Positions 24,612 to 28,714 of a stretch of DNA of 28,714 nucleotides are shown here, in pieces (the first letter of the stretch is position 1; every line of letters begins with the position of its first letter). A model generated the notes under the pieces. The model searched no databases, had not been told where the DNA came from, and saw nothing but the letters and a program-made list of their open reading frames with translations. The DNA comes from a virus (lineage: Duplodnaviria; Caudoviricetes), in the IMG/VR virus record IMGVR_UViG_3300043442_000682, positions 1 through 28,714 of that record; one strand, written 5' to 3'. A program made the position numbers and the translations under genes.

Positions 24612-24930
24612 TCTCTAGATAGGAGATGACAAAGTCCACTGTCGTAACGCTTGAAGTTACCTTTAGCACATCTGTTTCTTCCATGTTCAACGGCACGCCG
24701 CTGAATACGTCCATGGTTGCATTGGTGGGCAGCACATACGACTTAAGTAGCGAATACCCCGTAGCCCCACCTGCTGGATAGAGCTTCACATCCAGTGTGG
24801 CGCTGTTGGCATTGCGGTTTGTGATGCGTAAAGACGCTACCGTGGCCGCATTAGCAGCGGGAACGGTATAAATAGCTGATTCTGTGGAAGCAGCGGGCGT
24901 CAACACCTCCCGAAAATATTTATTGGCCAT
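24598..24930 (-). CDS. small beta-rich putative structural protein
   Basis: 110 aa, beta-sandwich-like composition, within the virion block. Confidence 0.7.
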   Translation of the reverse strand: MANKYFREVLTPAASTESAIYTVPAANAATVASLRITNRNANSATLDVKLYPAGGATGYSLLKSYVLPTNATMDVFSGVPLNMEETDVLKVTSSVTTVDFVISYLEMDRN

Positions 24931-24931
24931 G

Positions 24932-25639
24932 TCAAAAGGATGAGACGAAGTTAATGGTCAAAATGACCGAAGGGATTGCAGGCCGCGTGGGCGACGTTCC
25001 CGCAGCATAATGCTCTAAATACACATCAAGGCTATCGGACCACCAAGCAATTTCAAGATAGTCATTTGCAGGATCGTCTACAGTGAAGATACCTGTAATA
25101 GCGGGGACAACGTGGCTCCAGACACCTGAGCTTTTGCGAACAGGCACATCAAAACGCGTATTGCTGAGCGGGTAGTTTGTGCCGGTGTCCTTGGCCCATA
25201 CTTCAAACTCCGCTGCCGTGTTCCCTCGATTAGTGACCTGAAGCGTGAAGGTGACAAGGTACTCCCCGGCACACGGCACTTTAATACGACTGTTGCTCTC
25301 AACCGAAATACCATTGCTAAGTGCCACGGTCGTGTAGGTCAGAAGATTCTCGCCTGTAATGCTAGCATTCGTTTGGTCAGCGTCAGACAACAGCATCGCA
25401 TGAGGTAATGCAATGCCATTACTGACCTGAAAGCCACGGATCCCGGCTGCAAAACCAGCTCCCCCTGCGCCTGATCCAAACCAGCGCGATGCACCTGCTT
25501 GGTTTTGGTCAAAGATGGAACTGTAGGTACTATTAAGTTGCAGGATGATTTGTTCGAGTGATCGAACAAGCTGGTTAAATTGTTCAGGGCTGTACTGCGC
25601 AGAAGCGTTAGGTAGCCTGACGTTGAAGATTTTGCTCAC
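24932..25639 (-). CDS. putative tail-associated protein (short coiled coil plus beta-rich C-terminal domain)
   Basis: 235 aa directly downstream of the tail-tube-like gene. Confidence 0.65.
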   Translation of the reverse strand: MSKIFNVRLPNASAQYSPEQFNQLVRSLEQIILQLNSTYSSIFDQNQAGASRWFGSGAGGAGFAAGIRGFQVSNGIALPHAMLLSDADQTNASITGENLLTYTTVALSNGISVESNSRIKVPCAGEYLVTFTLQVTNRGNTAAEFEVWAKDTGTNYPLSNTRFDVPVRKSSGVWSHVVPAITGIFTVDDPANDYLEIAWWSDSLDVYLEHYAAGTSPTRPAIPSVILTINFVSSF

Positions 25640-25645
25640 GGTAAT

Positions 25646-27523
25646 CTATCTATAGCCATCAGGTTGCAGGTCCACACGCATCGTGCCATAACGCCAGTTG
25701 TCGTCTTCTTGATCGCTTTCAATCCGAAGACTAATCTGCCTGCCTCGCGCGCGCGTATCGACCTTGTTCGTATCAGGCGCAATGACGTAAGGATCCAAGG
25801 AGCTTGGGTTGGCAGTCTCTTGCGGGTAGTAACGCAAAAGCAGATGCACCGTTAAATTGCCTACTTGGTTCTTAAAGTCAGGAATAAAGCGACGCATGTA
25901 CATGACTTGGTCGCCATCGCCAATGTCAAAGTAGCCTGACTTGATATAGGACGTAATAGCCGTTTGACTGTCACCATCAACACCGTTAACCCCAACTTCT
26001 TGCAAGTACACCGCACCACGGCCAGCGGTCAAGCCATAAATTGTGCCATCAACTGGGGTTGCGGTGCTGTCTTCAAGGTATTCTGTGGCCACGGGATAGT
26101 TGTAAGTCCCAATGTCGTTCCAGGCTGTGCGTGGCATCGTACCCACATGCCACGTGTTCTCAAGGTAGTTATATGTAACAAAACGATTGGGGAAGGTCGC
26201 CCCTTCTGAACAGTACCACCACGTAACTTCGTTGAATTGAGAGTTCACCCCTGCGTGGAACTTGTTTGCTTGGCGAAACTCAATATCCTTGAATACGTAA
26301 TCCTGGACCGTGCAAGGAAGCTTTTTAACTGTTCCGTCAAAGGCATAAAAAGCGTTGATGCCCATCCAATAGGCAACGCCGTTCACGTCCACCGCCGCAT
26401 GAGGGCCAGCGCAGCCACAATTTGCGCCCAGCTGTTGAAAACTAAATGTGTAGGGAGGCCCTACGTACTGCATGCCGTGTAATGCGCCGTTAGTGAAAAT
26501 CAAAATCTGACCGCGCGAACGTATGCCAGTGATGATCGTTGTACCATCCGTGAGCCTCTGCCCACCCGCTGTATTTGTAATGCTCTCTGAAAAAGTGTTC
26601 AAATCCTCTTGGTTAGAGAACCGAACAAACATGGGATCCTGAGAGGATGGAGTACCAATCGTGGCTTCCGTGCCCAAGCAAACAAAATGCCTGTCAGGCG
26701 TGGAGATTAGAGAAAACGCGCTTTTTGTAGGTGCACCATTAATTAGAGTAGCTCTAGAAGTGGGGGTGGAGGCATCAAAAAGGTAAGCAGGACCTTGGAT
26801 CAGTTGGCATACAACGTTTTCCCCAAAATTATCAAACTGCCACACCCTGGAAAGAAGCGTTAAGGCCGCTGAAGCAGGGCGTGGCGTGCCCCAAGTCGAT
26901 AGGCTCCAGGTTCCTACGCCCCAACCAAGGTCTTGGTAAGAATCATCTTGGCCCACGTTGATTTGATAGGCTCCTACCGTCGATGCTCCCCCGTTCCCCA
27001 CATCTGAAGCGTTGGCAGTAACGCCTACTGTAATGGTGTAATTATTAGCATCAACGATGGTTTGGATCTCAAACTGAGCGTTTAGATAGGTGGCTGTGAC
27101 ATTTCCGCCCAAGGACACCGCACCGCTGTATGTGACAAAATCTCCTTGGATAGCGCCGTGCGCTGTGTCAGTGACCGTAACAGAACTGCTGCCGCTTGTT
27201 GCAGCAAAGGTCACCGCCCCTGCGGTGGTTGTCTCACGCAGAGGGGTGATGTCCGTCCAAATGCCTCCATAAAACGCATAAAGTTTTCGATTGGTTCCCA
27301 CAATAAGACGTGGAATACCTTCAAGGTCGTTCCACGTAAAGACATCACTAGGCATGCCAATGATGTACTGTGCTTGCTCATTGAACCAAGTCCAACCGCC
27401 TAGCTTCTCGGGTAGGCCATAACGAAAACGGATATAGTCGCCGTCAATCCAGCCACCTTCAGCACCATATTCCGTGTTTTGTTTGTCAATTCCTGGTTTC
27501 AGGAATAGTCGCAGCAGTGGCAT
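25646..27523 (-). CDS. putative tail tubular protein B / P22 gp10-like head-tail stabilisation protein
   Basis: 625 aa, beta-propeller-like composition, VRFSNQED...NTAG motif, DLQPDGYR C-terminus; podovirus tail-gene position. Confidence 0.65.
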   Translation of the reverse strand: MPLLRLFLKPGIDKQNTEYGAEGGWIDGDYIRFRYGLPEKLGGWTWFNEQAQYIIGMPSDVFTWNDLEGIPRLIVGTNRKLYAFYGGIWTDITPLRETTTAGAVTFAATSGSSSVTVTDTAHGAIQGDFVTYSGAVSLGGNVTATYLNAQFEIQTIVDANNYTITVGVTANASDVGNGGASTVGAYQINVGQDDSYQDLGWGVGTWSLSTWGTPRPASAALTLLSRVWQFDNFGENVVCQLIQGPAYLFDASTPTSRATLINGAPTKSAFSLISTPDRHFVCLGTEATIGTPSSQDPMFVRFSNQEDLNTFSESITNTAGGQRLTDGTTIITGIRSRGQILIFTNGALHGMQYVGPPYTFSFQQLGANCGCAGPHAAVDVNGVAYWMGINAFYAFDGTVKKLPCTVQDYVFKDIEFRQANKFHAGVNSQFNEVTWWYCSEGATFPNRFVTYNYLENTWHVGTMPRTAWNDIGTYNYPVATEYLEDSTATPVDGTIYGLTAGRGAVYLQEVGVNGVDGDSQTAITSYIKSGYFDIGDGDQVMYMRRFIPDFKNQVGNLTVHLLLRYYPQETANPSSLDPYVIAPDTNKVDTRARGRQISLRIESDQEDDNWRYGTMRVDLQPDGYR

Positions 27524-27526
27524 TCC

Positions 27527-27997
27527 TCACCTCATTAATGCAGCTTCTGCCGCCCTGCGGCGCGTGAGACCCGGAAGCACGCGACCCGCTGCTTTGTTCC
27601 AGAGCATACATTGCTCTGCCGCACCAGACCAATCCCCCGCATCAACACGTTTTTTGAACGTAGAAACTCGATAGTTCCCTAAGCCGCAATTGTAGACCCA
27701 GCTTACTGTTGCAGCAATGCGTCTCGGGGAGGCACTTGGAAACGTCGGACTAAGTTTGCAAACACCTACATAAAAGTAGGTTATGTGATGATCTAAGGCA
27801 TCCTCACACTGCTGCATGGTCCATACGGTACCGGGTTGAATATCAGGACCGGTTGCACCCCAGCCAATTGTCCAAGGATGTCCCTTGGTTCCGGGGTCGG
27901 GATATGAGGTTACAGTTCCGTCAGGCAGACGCTTTGCTAGCCCTTCAAAGGGTTTAATAAGAACATTTTTAGCTAGCTTTTTAGCCTCATCGTTCAT
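27527..27997 (-). CDS. phage lysozyme/endolysin (GH24)
   Basis: LIKPFEG...YPDPGT...WTIGWG catalytic region, [17 protein letters not shown]. Start moved to ATG 27997 (ATGA overlap with the HNH stop). Confidence 0.93.
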   Translation of the reverse strand: MNDEAKKLAKNVLIKPFEGLAKRLPDGTVTSYPDPGTKGHPWTIGWGATGPDIQPGTVWTMQQCEDALDHHITYFYVGVCKLSPTFPSASPRRIAATVSWVYNCGLGNYRVSTFKKRVDAGDWSGAAEQCMLWNKAAGRVLPGLTRRRAAEAALMR

Positions 27998-28473
27998 TTC
28001 TGATATTTTTCTATTGCGAGCTGCTTGCGTTTTTGCCACCAGATTTTTATGGACTCAGATTGTTTTTTCACTGATTCTTCAGATCGTTTTTTTCCAAGCC
28101 AGTGGCGTGATGACCTTCCCTTTCTTGCTTTGTCTTGCATATTGTCCGCATCAGTTCCAAGGAAAAGATGCTCTGGATTCACGCACTTGCGGTTGTCACA
28201 CTTGTGCAGAACTAATAACCCAGAAGGTATTGATCCGTTAGTAAGTTCCCATGACATGCGATGTGCATTTACAGGGGTTTTTGAGTCAAGTGCAAATTGC
28301 CCATACCCTGTCTGCGTAAATACAGACCACTGCCATTCCCAGCACCCGCTTTCTACGCGGCTTACCTTAGACCAAAACCGACAAGCGATTGAACACTGCT
28401 TTTCCCTGCCGCCATTTTTACGTTCAAACAGTCTGCCGCAATGACTACAGTTTATTGGAATTTTTTTGCTCAC
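27994..28473 (-). mobile_element. free-standing HNH homing endonuclease gene (N-terminal Zn ribbon, HNH core, NUMOD3-like tail)
   Basis: CSHC..CSIAC; [40 protein letters not shown]; [15 protein letters not shown]. Confidence 0.9.
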
Positions 28474-28714
28474 GATTTTCTGTACTTTTCCAGCGGTCTA
28501 CCAACAAAAAAGAATGAGATACACATCGTAAAAATACCAAAATCATCCTCATCCCAGACTTGAGTTACGACTTCTGTCCAGTTTGCGCCAGTTTGAAACG
28601 CCAGTACAAGCGCTGCTGCCTTGACCGTCGCGTACATGAAAAATAAACACCAAGTGATGCCGGGACGTACAAGAGCAGATATTCCAGCCACAAACCAGCC
28701 AGCAGCCTTTGCCG
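28470..28714 (-). CDS. putative holin (partial, 5' end outside window)
   Basis: Frame is open to the window edge ([21 protein letters not shown]...). Hydrophobic helices, VRP motif as in 3-TM holins, FFFVGR before a basic tail, upstream of the lysozyme. Confidence 0.55.
   Translation of the reverse strand, partial: AKAAGWFVAGISALVRPGITWCLFFMYATVKAAALVLAFQTGANWTEVVTQVWDEDDFGIFTMCISFFFVGRPLEKYRKS

Noticed and set aside
415-28444. Numerous antisense or alternative-frame ORFs in the ORF track (e.g. 11322..11837 +, 24035..24427 +, 28025..28444 +)
   Set aside because: They shadow well-supported genes on the opposite strand or frame and show no recognisable motifs.
27994-28473. Group I intron carrying the HNH gene
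   Set aside because: The ORF overlaps both neighbours, leaving no non-coding space for intron structure, and the lysozyme is complete from ATG 27997.
1-28714. tRNA/rRNA genes, integrase or att site, anti-phage defence operon
   Set aside because: No cloverleaf-sized candidate or diagnostic motifs found by eye. The helicases, AEP and nuclease sit in a phage replication module next to PolA rather than in a defence island.

Overview
28.7-kb fragment of a tailed dsDNA phage, probably podovirus-like and of the kind common in uncultured aquatic viromes. I saw no integrase, capsid, portal or terminase gene in the window. From right to left it holds: (i) a minus-strand lysis/virion block (28.7-14.9 kb) with a partial putative holin, a free-standing HNH homing endonuclease, a GH24 lysozyme, a tail tube/stabilisation-like protein, two small structural proteins and four large low-complexity internal-virion/ejection-like proteins; (ii) a plus-strand pair, SNF2-type helicase and PD-(D/E)XK nuclease (12.8-14.9 kb); (iii) a divergently transcribed minus-strand replication operon (SSB-like protein, AEP primase, UvrD-type helicase, family A DNA polymerase of the Leu762 type; 12.7-6.0 kb); (iv) about 20 small accessory ORFs (<6 kb). 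Most notable observations: about 11 short arrays of phased 7-bp CCNNGR units scattered through genes and intergenic regions; a 6-nt in-frame TAA-CTG insertion splitting the Walker A motif of an otherwise intact UvrD helicase; a cluster of small genes built from shared, reshuffled DNA modules whose junction repeats carry the next gene's RBS; an HNH gene that appears to have captured and replaced the 3' end of the holin gene; and an APMGMARGG motif shared by two otherwise unrelated virion proteins. All family assignments come from motif recognition by eye; no database searches were run.
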